A stretch of DNA of 32,000 bases from Desulfotalea psychrophila LSv54 (GCF_000025945.1 NC_006138.1:420001-452000), one strand, 5' to 3'. Numbered from the stretch's first letter, positions 1-10,640 are shown. Program-made: numbers and translations. The notes: generated from the letters alone by a model not told the origin.

Positions 1-600
1 GGAACCTGATCTTTTCTGCGCCCTCGCCTCCAACTGGCCCAAGGCATAGAAATACTCCATAAAGCCCTTAAAATTTGTCCGGCTTTGCAGGGCCCCATGC
101 AGGGCATCAAAACGCCGGCGAGGCTTACAGAGACAGGGTTCAGGCAGGGGAATTTCAAAAACGTCACGCCCCGTGCCAAAGTAGATGAATATCGGTAGCT
201 GGTAATCGGCACCGGCATTTTCTGCCTCTATGAACTGATCAACATATGCATAGAGCTCTTTTACCCCGCGCCCCGGTGGTATTTCTCCTGCCGTTTTTTC
301 TGTCTGATCCCGTCTCTCCGTTCTATCCCAGACAAAACCTGTATCGGTCTCACTGGTAATACGCATATAGGGAGGTCTATGCCCGTCAGAGAAGATATGA
401 AAGTCACTGGCCTTGGGCTCCAGACCTGTCACCCTGGGCAGGCGGGTTAAAAAAACACCCAGAGAGGTGGCAACAGCATCAAGGATAGTTGATTTCCCCT
501 CGCCGTTTTTCGCAACCAGAACAGTCAACTGCTCATCAAAATCAATTTCAAAGTTGGTGAATCGACGATAATTATGGAGTGTCAGTCGTTTTATCTTCAT
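1..600 (-). CDS. AAA family ATPase (RecF/SbcC/PtuA-like), N-terminal part; C-terminus runs off the left edge
   Basis: Reverse-strand translation from ATG at 600 gives MKIKRLTLHNYRRFTNFEIDFDEQLTVLVAKNGEGKSTILDAVATTLG with a Walker A (NGEGKST). Frame stays open to base 1. Not in the ORF track because it is truncated. Confidence 0.8.
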   Translation of the reverse strand, partial: MKIKRLTLHNYRRFTNFEIDFDEQLTVLVAKNGEGKSTILDAVATSLGVFLTRLPRVTGLEPKASDFHIFSDGHRPPYMRITSETDTGFVWDRTERRDQTEKTAGEIPPGRGVKELYAYVDQFIEAENAGADYQLPIFIYFGTGRDVFEIPLPEPCLCKPRRRFDALHGALQSRTNFKGFMEYFYALGQLEARAQKRSGS

Positions 601-992
601 AGGCTTACCTTTAGAAACATTTCCATATACAAAAAATCCCACCCCTGAATACAGGGTTAAAAAAATTACAGGTCACATTCTCAACAATCGCAAGGAGGAG
701 GACCTTTACTCAAAAAGCGCCCTACTCTCATATCATAGCGAAACCAACACCAGACTTCATCTTTTCGAGCAAATTATTTCCTCAGAGCAACTCCAAACAG
801 AGACCCCATAAGATGAGGCAAGGGAGGGAGACAGATTTACTTCCTCAAAAGAATACTCTTAACCAATATTGTCCAATTGCAACTTCTTCGATATGCTATA
901 AGAAAGAATTAAGGTAAAATGGATAGGTTACAGTTAACATCTAAGAGACTTCAAAAAGAGATCAACAGGACTCACTACAGGGAATAAAAACT

Positions 993-1712
993 ATGCTGAT
1001 TTTTAACTGCACCAGGACAGCCTGTAATTTTTTCACCGTCAGTCAGGGGGGCGTCAAAGTCTCACCGGTAGAACCAGCCCCGCACACAAACTTGGCAGAC
1101 GATGATCTGAAAAACAGTGATGGGACCAAACCTGCTCTGATGCAGTGGCTGATTCATCTGATAAGGGTGCAGGGCAAAAATATTATTCTGGCCATGGAGA
1201 TAAAGAGTCATTATTGCATGATCTTTGCGGGTCTGAAGAAGGGTGATGCCACCACCTTTATTCAACTATTTTATGAACGCCTCTTTAATAATATGCAGTG
1301 GTATGGTGAAAGTATTGGCTTTATGGATGAAACCAGCTTCCAACCAATGGCTACAAATTTCATAAAAGCCCATGACGAGTTCCGTTTTTTTGCCCGCGAC
1401 GATGCCAAAATCCAGAAAAGCATAGATAATGTGGCAAAGGACATTCGCCTCTGGGCCAGTAAGCATGACAGCTCTGGCAATGCGGCGGAACAGGCGGCAG
1501 AGTTTAACCAAAGGGTAAACAGTATCCCCCACAAAGCAGGATCCCAGCAGGGCGCCATCCCCTCTGAAGTAATGTTCATCTACTGGATCGGCCATTTTTG
1601 TAATGCTCAGGAAAAAGAGATAAAAATGGCTCGACAGCGCTTTGAAGTCCTTAAAAAAAGAGAGCTTGAACAGCTCGGACTTCTCCTTCGCAGTAAAAAG
1701 AATGACTCCTGA
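993..1712 (+). CDS. Conserved hypothetical protein, DUF6933-like N-terminus
   Basis: 239 aa ORF starting MLIFNCTRTACNFFT, with WLIHLIRVQGKNIILAMEIKSHYCMIF, reminiscent of DUF6933 proteins. Overlapping antisense ORFs have no recognisable features. Confidence 0.6.
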   Translation: MLIFNCTRTACNFFTVSQGGVKVSPVEPAPHTNLADDDLKNSDGTKPALMQWLIHLIRVQGKNIILAMEIKSHYCMIFAGLKKGDATTFIQLFYERLFNNMQWYGESIGFMDETSFQPMATNFIKAHDEFRFFARDDAKIQKSIDNVAKDIRLWASKHDSSGNAAEQAAEFNQRVNSIPHKAGSQQGAIPSEVMFIYWIGHFCNAQEKEIKMARQRFEVLKKRELEQLGLLLRSKKNDS

Positions 1713-1758
1713 AGAGATGAGCTCGTGAAGGCAGTCGACTAGCCGAAAGAGGCAAGGA

Positions 1759-2322
1759 TTACAGGGCAGACATCTCTCTCATCGAGCTCAAAAACTGGCT
1801 AAATATCCTCTCCACCGCCACAAGTGAGGAGTTCAGTCGATGATCTCCGCTGATCAGGTGCAGGGAGCAATCTGCCTCCTCGGCAAACTTTATTGAGTGA
1901 GAGGCAGGGATAATATCGTCGGACCAACCATGGACGATTTCAATATGTTGACAATGAGAATTATGAGTCTGTCTCTCATATCCTGACATATAGAGGGCTG
2001 GTGCCAAAAGAAATAGCCCCTTGGCATCTACCCTCTCAGATGCAACCAGGGAAACATAGGCGCCCATGCTTGAGCCCACCAGCAGAAAGGTCTCCTCCTC
2101 AGCCCGCAGGATCTTTACCAATCGCTCAACCCGAGCATCGGCCTCAGGAAGATCCGAATAATCAATACTCTCAACTTGAAGACCCTCTTTACGGGCGATC
2201 AGGGCAAGCCTCTTTATCTTGCTCCCCCAGGGACCACTCTCCTTCCCATGGGCAAAATATACCTTCATTCCTCTCTCCCTTCTTGATTTGGCGAACAAAC
2301 AGACTCTACCTCTGAAAGGCAC
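1759..2322 (-). CDS. Alpha/beta hydrolase, YqiA/YcfP-like esterase
   Basis: FAHGKESGPWGSK start, nucleophile elbow GSSMG, LFLLAPALY, and a C-terminal HGWSDDIIP...GDHRL acid/His region. Confidence 0.75.
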   Translation of the reverse strand: MPFRGRVCLFAKSRRERGMKVYFAHGKESGPWGSKIKRLALIARKEGLQVESIDYSDLPEADARVERLVKILRAEEETFLLVGSSMGAYVSLVASERVDAKGLFLLAPALYMSGYERQTHNSHCQHIEIVHGWSDDIIPASHSIKFAEEADCSLHLISGDHRLNSSLVAVERIFSQFLSSMREMSAL

Positions 2323-3073
2323 CGTGCTGTAAAAAGTATTTTGTCTGACGAATAACCTCGGTGGCTCTCATTATAAAGGGATGAGAGTGGGGCAAAACCA
2401 AAAAATCAACCATCCCCTCCACCTTAGCGTTTTCTATGGAAACCTTACCATCGTCCTCTCCCGTAATCATAAGAGAAAGAATGAGGTTAACGCTCCTGTT
2501 ACCGGCAATCACCCCTAATTCAAAGCCTACCCTGCCCAATCTCCGGGGAATGCTCGCCGCAGAGGTTCCCAGCTGCTGACCGGCCGGACCATTGAGCCAA
2601 AAGAAGCCGGGCACAGCCTTCATCTTATCCACCACCTCACTCCCCCCATTAGGCGGACTGAGCATGACAACCCGGCCAAGATTTGCAATCTGCCTCTTTG
2701 AGAGATATTGACGAACAAGGATTCCACCCAATGAATGGGTGACAAAGTGAACTTTGCGGGGAGAGTATTCCTGACACTCACTGAGCGCCGCTGAAACAGC
2801 AGCATCGGCCAATTTTTCAATCTTAAATTTCCGCGAGGGGTAATCAAGATTAATAACCCTGTAACCCGAGGACAACAGAGACTCTTCCATGCTGACCATT
2901 GACCTGCTGGTTCTGGCTAAACCATGGAGAAGAATCACACATTCATTATTAATCGGCACCTCCTCCGCCCCAAGCGCAAGGGAGCAGGGGCTGAACAGTA
3001 TAAGGGCAAGCGCGATTCGTTTACGCCACATACTTATACCTGTGAATAAATTCTCATTGTATTTTTTTATCAA
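2306..3073 (-). CDS. Triacylglycerol lipase-like alpha/beta hydrolase with signal peptide
   Basis: Hydrophobic N-terminus, VILLHGLARTSRSM oxyanion region, HFVTHSLGGILVR nucleophile elbow, VVMLSPPNGGSEVVD. Ends in a short overlap with the 1759-2322 gene. Confidence 0.75.
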   Translation of the reverse strand: MIKKYNENLFTGISMWRKRIALALILFSPCSLALGAEEVPINNECVILLHGLARTSRSMVSMEESLLSSGYRVINLDYPSRKFKIEKLADAAVSAALSECQEYSPRKVHFVTHSLGGILVRQYLSKRQIANLGRVVMLSPPNGGSEVVDKMKAVPGFFWLNGPAGQQLGTSAASIPRRLGRVGFELGVIAGNRSVNLILSLMITGEDDGKVSIENAKVEGMVDFLVLPHSHPFIMRATEVIRQTKYFLQHGAFQR

Positions 3074-3797
3074 GCTGAACCTTTTTAGAATCCTGATTTT
3101 TTCGGATTCTAATATTCAACATCTCAACACCCACCGAAAAGGCCATGGCAAAGTAGATATAGGCCTTGGCCACATGCATATCAAAACCTTCCCCCACCAA
3201 GGTGACCCCTATGAGAATAAGAAAGGAGAGGGCCAACATTTTGATGGTCGGATTCTTATCAATAAACTCGCCAATGGATTTTGCCGCAACCAGCATAACA
3301 GCCACGGAGAGAACAACGGCAATAACCATAATGGAGGTGTGCTGAACAAGGCCGACTGCGGTGATCACCGAATCGAGGGAAAAAATAACATCCAGGATAC
3401 AAATTTGGGCCAGCACCGCCATAAATGTGCTTGTCGCCAGGACAGGCCCCTCCCTCTCTGCTACCTCCAAACTGCTGTGTATCTCCAGGGTAGATTTACC
3501 GAGAAGAAAGAGGCCACCGACAATGAGAATAATATCTCTACCGGAAAAATCATTACCCGCCAGGGAAAACCAGGGCTCTACCAAACTCATTACCCAAACA
3601 ATAGAGAAGAGAAGGAGAAGCCTGGAGGCCATTGCCAGAAGGATACCCAACCGACGAGCCCTGTTTCTCTCCGATTCCGGCAGACGAGCCACCAAGATCG
3701 AAATAAAAATGATATTATCAATACCAAGAACAATTTCTAAGGCGACCAGGGTTACCAGCGCTATCCACCCCTGTGGAAGCACTATCCATTCAAACAT
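3054..3797 (-). CDS. TerC family integral membrane protein
   Basis: EIVLGIDNIIFISILVARLP and FSLDSVITAVGLVQHTSIMV are hallmark TerC motifs; multiple TM segments. Confidence 0.9.
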   Translation of the reverse strand: MFEWIVLPQGWIALVTLVALEIVLGIDNIIFISILVARLPESERNRARRLGILLAMASRLLLLFSIVWVMSLVEPWFSLAGNDFSGRDIILIVGGLFLLGKSTLEIHSSLEVAEREGPVLATSTFMAVLAQICILDVIFSLDSVITAVGLVQHTSIMVIAVVLSVAVMLVAAKSIGEFIDKNPTIKMLALSFLILIGVTLVGEGFDMHVAKAYIYFAMAFSVGVEMLNIRIRKNQDSKKVQLDKKIQ

Positions 3798-4099
3798 ATA
3801 TCTCTCCTCTGCAGTATAAGCCTGATAAGTATAAAATCGGTTGCGCCAATAATCCTATCTCATAAATATTTTTTCCCGCCAAGCCCTCTGCCACAGCTAA
3901 GATAGCATGCTATGGCTAAAACAAAACTTCCCTTCACCTCTCGATACAAAGCATCCTCTTCCTCCAGAGAAGAAAAGGCAAGGCCTATTTGACATTCACT
4001 ATTTCATAATCGTAGAGTGGAGTTACGCTCCTATCTTTATCATTTTTTAGCCAATGTACCATATCATATTTTGAACAGAATATTCTGCTCGCGCTCTTA

Positions 4100-6166
4100 A
4101 TGGAGGCCAATTTGCGCAAAATAAACGCATCACCCTTCAGGGCAAAATTTATCGAAGCAATAGCACTGATAATCTCCAGTCTAGCATATGTTTTAATAAT
4201 TTCCTGGACACTTAATCTCCGCATAATCCAACCGGCATTCCAACAGTTAGAAAAAAGACAAGGGCTAGAGGACATCGGCCGAGTTCGCGCCACCATCAAA
4301 AATGAATTCCCCAGCCTTACCCTCCTTACCCAAGATTGGGGCGACTGGGATGAGACCTACAAATTTAGCCAAAACCACAATCAAGAGTACCTTGAGGCGA
4401 ATGTTCCCTCATTAACAACCCTCTCCAAATCAACCAAGATCGACTTCCTGGCGCTCTACGACCTGAACGCCATAGAACTCTTCAAAGGAGCTTATCATCC
4501 GGATATGGAACGTGAGGTTAACCTTCATAGCACTCCTTCCATAAGATCCCTGGTTGCATCGGTGCTTAAAACGAATAGAGAGAAAAAGGGCCTCTTTAAA
4601 ACAGATGAGGGCTTACTGGCCTTAGTGGCCAGGCCGATACTCACATCGGAGGGAAGGGGGCCCAGCCACGGCGTTATCATCATGGGACGATTTCTCTCCC
4701 AGCTTCTGCTCAGCTCCGTTGGAAAAAAATGCCCTATTCCCTTCGAGCTATTTATTCAGGATGACAAGAGGTTATCAGCCCCGGAAAAGGCACTATTCGC
4801 CAAGCTCTCCGCAACAGCACCAAGGTTCACCCCGGTATTCCATCAGGGCTTTGTCTATCAGACCTACCCGGACATCGAAGAGGAGGCGGTATTACTCTTA
4901 CGTACGCCCCTGCGTGACCATATCACCTCACTTGGCCGACAAACTGGCTATATTCTTCTGGCAACGCTTGGATCCATTGCCCTGGCATTATTAACTTTCC
5001 TGGCAGGATACAGAATGCAGCAAAAAATATCGGTACAGGAATTACAAGAAAGTGAAATACGATACAGGACCTTATTTGAAAATAAGCATACCATTATGCT
5101 CCTCGTCGACCCTGAGAGCAGGGCTATCACAGATGCCAATCCTGCCGCCTGCAACTATTATGGCTTTAACCATAAGAAGATGCTTAAGCTGAAGATTGAT
5201 CAGATTAATGCCGTACCGACCGAGGACACCTGGGCCAGAATAGACCTTATTCGCCTCGGGAAACAAAAACACTTTATCACCAGACATAGCCAAGCTGACG
5301 GCACGATCCGTGATGTAGAGATCTATTGCGAACCCATAAGCCTCAATGGCAGGGCTCTGCTCTTTTCAATTGTCCATGATATCACCACACGTCTCCAGGC
5401 CGAGGTTGAACTGGCCCAACTGGAGGCACAAAGCCGACAGCTACACAAGAGTGAAGGCCTGAGCAGGATGGCCGGTGCTGTCGCCCACCTCTTTAATAAC
5501 CAGCTCACCGTTGTCCTAGGCAACCTGGAAATGGTTATAGATGAAGAGGCAGAGGGCAGATCACGGGAGATGCTCATTATGGCAAAACAGGCAGCGCGCA
5601 GAGTTTCAGAGACAAGCGGCATGATGCTCACCTATCTCGGCCAACATTCAGAGACCCTGGAACCCTGTCCGCTCTCCGATATCTGTCAGCACTATCTGAC
5701 AGAGCTTCAGGCCAATACCCCTAGCAATATTGCCATCCGGACAGATCTTATTTTTCCCAGTCCGCTCATCCATGGCAATGCCAAACAGCTCAAACAGGTT
5801 CTGTCCTACCTCACAACCAATAGCGCGGAGGCAATTGCCGAGGATTGGGGTGAAATTTCCCTGACAACATCCATTGTTGAGACTAGCGACATTCCTCAGG
5901 AATATCTTATACCAAGAGATATAACATTCACCTCAGGCACCCTGGCCTGTCTGCAAATCAGGGATACGGGCTGCGGAATGACAAAGAAGTCTCTGGAGAG
6001 AATATTCGACCCCTTCTTCACCACCCAGTTCCCCGGCAGGGGCTTAGGTCTTCCCGTCGTCCTCGGTATCATTCGCTCATGGGGCGGTTGGATCGGAGTG
6101 GAGAGCAAGCACAATCAGGGAAGCACCTTCCGCCTCTACCTGCCTCTGAGCAAAGGGAAGGAATGA
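4100..6166 (+). CDS. Sensor histidine kinase with extracytoplasmic CHASE4-like domain, TM, PAS domain and HATPase_c
   Basis: N-terminal TM, LTQDWGDWDETYKF (CHASE4-like), second TM at LLATLGSIALALLTFLAG, PAS ESEIRYRTLFENKHTIMLLVD, degenerate H-box, and ATPase boxes CLQIRDTGCGM and GRGLGLPVVLGIIRSWGG. Confidence 0.85.
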   Translation: MEANLRKINASPFRAKFIEAIALIISSLAYVLIISWTLNLRIIQPAFQQLEKRQGLEDIGRVRATIKNEFPSLTLLTQDWGDWDETYKFSQNHNQEYLEANVPSLTTLSKSTKIDFLALYDLNAIELFKGAYHPDMEREVNLHSTPSIRSLVASVLKTNREKKGLFKTDEGLLALVARPILTSEGRGPSHGVIIMGRFLSQLLLSSVGKKCPIPFELFIQDDKRLSAPEKALFAKLSATAPRFTPVFHQGFVYQTYPDIEEEAVLLLRTPLRDHITSLGRQTGYILLATLGSIALALLTFLAGYRMQQKISVQELQESEIRYRTLFENKHTIMLLVDPESRAITDANPAACNYYGFNHKKMLKLKIDQINAVPTEDTWARIDLIRLGKQKHFITRHSQADGTIRDVEIYCEPISLNGRALLFSIVHDITTRLQAEVELAQLEAQSRQLHKSEGLSRMAGAVAHLFNNQLTVVLGNLEMVIDEEAEGRSREMLIMAKQAARRVSETSGMMLTYLGQHSETLEPCPLSDICQHYLTELQANTPSNIAIRTDLIFPSPLIHGNAKQLKQVLSYLTTNSAEAIAEDWGEISLTTSIVETSDIPQEYLIPRDITFTSGTLACLQIRDTGCGMTKKSLERIFDPFFTTQFPGRGLGLPVVLGIIRSWGGWIGVESKHNQGSTFRLYLPLSKGKE

Positions 6167-6189
6167 TTTATTGAGAGCGCCAAAAAAGC

Positions 6190-7476
6190 TTACCTCTCTT
6201 CAAGGGGGACAAAGGATCTCTCCTGCCTCCCCGTATAGACCTGACGTGGCCGGGTAATACGGAGGTTCTGGTCATGCAGTTCCCGCCAATTTGCTATCCA
6301 GCCGGGCATTCTACCAATGGCAAACATCACCGTGTACATCTCCGGAGGAATTCCTATTGCCCTGAGAAGAATGCCGCTATAGAAATCGACATTAGGGTAG
6401 AGTTTACGACTGATAAAGTACTCATCTTTCAGGGTTTTCTCCTCAAGCTCCAGGGCAATATCAAGCAGAGGATCGGATTTGTGCAGCTCTGCAAGTACCT
6501 CATAAACCCTCTTCTTGAGGATGCTGGCCCGGGGATCAAAATTTTTATAGACCCGATGGCCAAAGCCCATCAGTTTGTAATCGTTACTTTTATCCTTTGC
6601 CCTGTTGATATAATAGTCAATCTTCCGGCCCGAGGCCATAATCTCTTCCAGCATCTCTATCACGGCTGCATTGGCACCACCATGCAGGGGTCCCCAAAGG
6701 GCACATACCCCTGAGGCGACGGAACTAAACAGGTTCGCCCTGGAACTGGCCACTGTTCTCACCGTTGAGGTCGAGCAGTTCTGCTCATGATCGGCATGGA
6801 GTATCAGGAAAAGTGCCAAAGCCCTTTCGACAGCTGGACTGGGGATATATTCTTGAAAGGGCTCGGAAAACATCATATGCAGAAAATTTGCACAGTAAGT
6901 GAGATGGGGGTTTGGCTGATTAAAGGGTTTGCCGACAGACATCCGATAGGACCAGGCTGCTATGGTTCGAACCTTGGACAGGAGGAGGGCGGCAGTTCGA
7001 TCAAAGCCATGCCCCTCTGAGTGTACCTCCAGAACACCGGGGTGGAAACAGGAGACCAGGTTAAGCATTGCCGAGAGAATCGCCATGGGAGGCGACGATT
7101 CGGGAAATCCGGAAAAGTAGTGATAGAGGCTTGTGTGCAGTGGCGCATGTTCTGCCAGGGCCCTGCGAAACCTGTTCAGGGTTTCTGCATCGGGAAGTTC
7201 ACCATAGATAATCAGCGAGCATGTCTCCACAAAACTTGCCCTCTCCGCTATCTGCTCAATAGGGTAGCCACGATAACGCAGGATTCCTCTCTCACCATCA
7301 ACATATGTGATATCAGAGAAGCAGGCACCAGTACTGCCAAAGCCTGGATCCATGGTGATATAGCCCGATTTAGCACGTAACGATTGAATATCAATACACC
7401 TCTCATCCTCCGTTCCACTGGTAACATCAAGTTCATAACTTGCACCGCCAACAGTCAGGGTTGCTTTTTCACTCAT
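6190..7476 (-). CDS. gltA: Citrate synthase
   Basis: 428 aa with YRGYPIEQIA, LFLILHADHEQNCSTSTVR, GPLHGGANAAVIEML, KLMGFGHRVYKNFDPRA and GRMPGWIANWRE. Confidence 0.95.
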   Translation of the reverse strand: MSEKATLTVGGASYELDVTSGTEDERCIDIQSLRAKSGYITMDPGFGSTGACFSDITYVDGERGILRYRGYPIEQIAERASFVETCSLIIYGELPDAETLNRFRRALAEHAPLHTSLYHYFSGFPESSPPMAILSAMLNLVSCFHPGVLEVHSEGHGFDRTAALLLSKVRTIAAWSYRMSVGKPFNQPNPHLTYCANFLHMMFSEPFQEYIPSPAVERALALFLILHADHEQNCSTSTVRTVASSRANLFSSVASGVCALWGPLHGGANAAVIEMLEEIMASGRKIDYYINRAKDKSNDYKLMGFGHRVYKNFDPRASILKKRVYEVLAELHKSDPLLDIALELEEKTLKDEYFISRKLYPNVDFYSGILLRAIGIPPEMYTVMFAIGRMPGWIANWRELHDQNLRITRPRQVYTGRQERSFVPLEER

Positions 7477-7706
7477 ATTTTCCTCCGTTAAAGACGCTGC
7501 CCTGCAGCAATCTTAGGTTTGCCCCGCTATTCCTCTATTGAAGTGGCCTGAAAACAAGCAGAAACAGCATTTTGAGTAAAAAAAGCTGTTCCATACATTG
7601 TAGGTCAGTTATAAGATATTGTGTATGTAAATATTTTCCCTGACTCGTGATCGATCTGTATTTATCATGTTAATATGGCAATAAAAGGTAAAGAGGAGAG
7701 AAGAAC

Positions 7707-7958
7707 ATGTTTATGACTGCCACCAGAATCAAAAGAGAAGGCAAACCTTTGTTAAAACTCAACATCCATGAATATAACAAAGACGACATTCCATTCTTAG
7801 ACAGCCTTGGCATTGACCAACTTGAAGGCGACTCGACAGAATGGAGATATATCCATATCCACAGCCAAAAAGATTTTCTCAGTACCCGTTCTGCAATCCT
7901 TGAGAGATACAGGATTCTGAAAGAAACAGGTCCAAGGGTCTTTCTGGAAGCGAAGTAG
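7707..7958 (+). CDS. Small conserved-looking hypothetical protein
   Basis: 83 aa ORF with AAAGGTAAAGAGGAGAGAAG upstream (good RBS) and plausible soluble composition; no family recognised. Confidence 0.5.
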   Translation: MFMTATRIKREGKPLLKLNIHEYNKDDIPFLDSLGIDQLEGDSTEWRYIHIHSQKDFLSTRSAILERYRILKETGPRVFLEAK

Positions 7959-8059
7959 ACAAAATGCCTCGCCCTTTTTTTATCTTGGTATTGCTCTTCA
8001 TCTGTAGTAGTTCATAGCCAATCCAAGCCGCCATTTTCAATAATCAACCAGGTGATGCA

Positions 8060-8590
8060 GTGCAGGAATTACAATATTTACAGGGATATCCAGACCATAT
8101 CACAGAGCAGGTCCAGCGCCTGATAGCAGAACAGAAATTAGATAAGCTCCTGCTGAAGAAATATCCAAAGCCGCATGAGATTCGGACAGACAAGGCTCTC
8201 TACCGCTATGTGATGGCAATAAAGAATAGTTCCATTCAGCAATCACAGCCCCTGAGCAAGATACTCTTTGACGCAAAAATCAAGATGCAACACCAGGCCC
8301 TGGGGGTGCATAAATTTATCTCACGGGTGCAGGGTGGTAAGCTCAAGGCTAAAAATGAGATCCGCATCGCCTCCACCTTCAGGAATACCCCGGAACCCCT
8401 TCTCCGCATGATTGTCGTCCATGAACTGGCCCATCTTAAAGAGAAAGAGCACAACAAGGCATTTTTCCAACTCTGCAAACATATAGAGCCTGAATACCAT
8501 CAGCTCGAATTTGATATGCGCCTCTACCTGACCCAGGTCGATCTGGCCGGCCCCTTATATAAAAAGGAAGCACCCGCCAGCCCCATATGA
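8060..8590 (+). CDS. YgjP-like / DUF45 metallopeptidase domain protein (GTG start)
   Basis: MIVVHELAHLKEKEHNKAFFQLCKHIEPEYHQLEFDMRLYL contains HELAH...H typical of YgjP/SprT-like zinc peptidase folds. Confidence 0.8.
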   Translation: MQELQYLQGYPDHITEQVQRLIAEQKLDKLLLKKYPKPHEIRTDKALYRYVMAIKNSSIQQSQPLSKILFDAKIKMQHQALGVHKFISRVQGGKLKAKNEIRIASTFRNTPEPLLRMIVVHELAHLKEKEHNKAFFQLCKHIEPEYHQLEFDMRLYLTQVDLAGPLYKKEAPASPI

Positions 8591-8732
8591 ATTTCCCTGC
8601 TCTTGCTGAAAAGGGCCCTCTCAGTAAACGGGAAAACGTCCTGGCCTCGTCAGCAGAAACGACGGGCGGTGGGATTTGCAGGCTTTTCCAGATAAGTCAA
8701 GGCGCCGAGCCAACATCTAAAAATGAAATGAA

Positions 8733-9155
8733 ATGAAATTTATTTTCTCGATCGTTCTGGTACTTTTTCTAGCAATTGCAGGACTGGGCATATACAAATT
8801 CAACCTGCTTGAAGACGATATCTATATGTCCGCTGATGCAGTCAGGCACGAGGATATGATCGGAGGATGGGTTCGACCGATAGAAAGCATGCCCGGCGAA
8901 GTCGAAGGTTTTGAACTACGTCCCAATGGAGTTGCCGTTTCAATCAATATGGCCACTCTGCCCTACACCTCGTGGCAACTGCTGACAGGAAAGTTGATCC
9001 TCAAGGGTAGATCAGTGGGCAACGGTACTAGTTCTGTAATAACAGAGACTTACACCATCAACAGCGTGGGAAAAGCAAACATGTCTGTCATCGATGAACA
9101 GGGTCGAGATATCGTATTTGACCATCAGCCCCTCAAAGAGCCCAACAACCAATAA
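8733..9155 (+). CDS. Small exported protein, possibly lipocalin-like
   Basis: N-terminal signal/TM MKFIFSIVLVLFLAIAGLGIY, then HEDMIGGWVRPIESMPGEVEGFELRPNGVAVSINMATLPYTSWQL, a GxW plus beta-strand pattern. Confidence 0.55.
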   Translation: MKFIFSIVLVLFLAIAGLGIYKFNLLEDDIYMSADAVRHEDMIGGWVRPIESMPGEVEGFELRPNGVAVSINMATLPYTSWQLLTGKLILKGRSVGNGTSSVITETYTINSVGKANMSVIDEQGRDIVFDHQPLKEPNNQ

Positions 9156-9179
9156 ATCATTTGCCCAACCGGAGCTTAC

Positions 9180-9950
9180 ATGACACCTAATAATTTCATT
9201 GTACATCTCGTGCAAGGAGGAAGCGCCGGGGGGTGCCTACGTCTTGCCTGCAAGTCATTTGGTTTACCCGGCAGCGTTCATCTCATCCAGGATGATTTCA
9301 GTCATGGTCCCTTAAAAAATGGCCCTGCCCGTGAAAAATATCTACGTGATTGCTCCCGCGGATATGCAGATGAGGAGGAGGATGAGATTAATACCTTAGC
9401 CCCCTGGCTCTCACTCAGTGAAATATTGGACAAGGGGTCCATTAAGCAGGTATGTATCTGGGCTGGTGAAAACGCTGCCGAGAAAACGTTTTTAGAAATG
9501 GCATGCTGGTATCTTCGTAACTACGCTGGAACCATAATGCGGGTAGGGGCTACGGGATTGGAGCAGCTTCCCTATATTGCTCCCCAGAACCCGGAAACCC
9601 TGGTCAGACTATTTGCACAAGGTCAAATTTTAGAGAGGGCCGATCGCACCGTACTTGTTGAGAGTTTCATTCAGACAAGAGATGAGGAGAGCACCCTGAG
9701 GAGATGGGAAGCTGGAGAGATCATTTCAGTACCGGTAGATTACTATGACAGCCTGCTGATGGAGCGATGCTCCAGCCAATGGACATGGGCGGCCAAAATT
9801 GTCGGTGAGGCAATGGGGCGATGTGATGCTCACAATCTGCTCGGCGATGTCTTCCTGACGAGCCGGCTTCAATATCTGATCGACCAGGGCATGCTACAGT
9901 ATAAGGGCGAACGGAAAAGCCTCCGAGACTATTGGCTCCGCTTGACCTAA
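9180..9950 (+). CDS. DUF1835/DUF3658-like protein
   Basis: IVHLVQGGSAGGCLRLAC, VHLIQDDFSHGPL and VCIWAGENAAEKTFLEMACWYLRN are typical of DUF1835 proteins. Confidence 0.7.
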   Translation: MTPNNFIVHLVQGGSAGGCLRLACKSFGLPGSVHLIQDDFSHGPLKNGPAREKYLRDCSRGYADEEEDEINTLAPWLSLSEILDKGSIKQVCIWAGENAAEKTFLEMACWYLRNYAGTIMRVGATGLEQLPYIAPQNPETLVRLFAQGQILERADRTVLVESFIQTRDEESTLRRWEAGEIISVPVDYYDSLLMERCSSQWTWAAKIVGEAMGRCDAHNLLGDVFLTSRLQYLIDQGMLQYKGERKSLRDYWLRLT

Positions 9951-9983
9951 TAAAATACCTTGCCAGGTTTTTTTGCTATTTAC

Positions 9984-10425
9984 GGCCTTGTTGCATAAAT
10001 CATGAGGGAAGAAAATCATCTTCCCTCTACGCCATGCCATCTTAGCAAACAGCTTCTCGAACAGGCATTCCTAAAGCGCTAATCTTGTTCAAAGCTTTAA
10101 TCACAGCTCTACCTGCTTGACCGTTGGTGATATCCTGTGCCTTTCAATTCACCTTAACTGTTTGGGCACGCCTGCTAACAGGTGTATCAAAAGCCCGGGG
10201 ATCAATGACCATCAGGTCAAAAATTGAATTTAGAAAACCTTCAGCTCCTCTGAGAGAAAGACCGTAAATGGTTCCATCAAACAAATCATGCATCATCAGT
10301 GTGCTTGTGACTACGACCACGCTGTCCTGATGTACCAACTCTCAATCGCTTTCTTGTCCACCCAAAACGTCAACGCCGCTGCTTCAGCGCTCTGTTGTAT
10401 TCAGGCCAATTTGTGCAACAAGGCC
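9984..10425 (-). mobile_element. Internally deleted, degenerate IS5-family (IS903-group) insertion sequence with both terminal inverted repeats
   Basis: Left end GGCCTTGTTGCATAAATC and right end (revcomp) GGCCTTGTTGCACAAATTG. Minus-strand pieces include FLNSIFDLMVIDPRAFDTPVSRRAQTVKV and, in another frame, AVIKALNKISALGMPVREAV. About 440 bp versus about 1.05 kb for a full element. Confidence 0.75.
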
Positions 10426-10557
10426 CCATGAACTTACTAACGGAATGATTAAGACGAGAATCCCCCATCCTTTCCACACAAACATAACTGATTCCAACTT
10501 CTTAAAATGTGTTTCAAAACTTAGTCTGTTGCACTTATTGTACTACTCCAGCCATAT

Positions 10558-10640
10558 TGGCTTTGACATCACTCATTTTGATATTAATGGACGTCATACC
10601 TGATAATTTCAATTCAATTTTATTGTCTTGAATTACTCCT
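10558..10640 (-). pseudogene. Partial decayed third copy of the small secreted-protein gene
   Basis: ggctttgacatcactcattttgatattaatggacgtcatacctgataatttcaattcaattttattgtcttgaattactcctg aligns with the interior of both intact copies (ggcattgacatcactttgtttaacattaatgggtgtcttacctgat...). Confidence 0.6.

Noticed and set aside
6274-7148. Several ORFs opposite the citrate synthase gene
   Set aside because: Shadow ORFs of a highly conserved gene.
9980-10430. Target-site duplication for the IS remnant
   Set aside because: Flanks ...TTAC and CCAT... do not match, so no duplication is claimed; one end may have rearranged.
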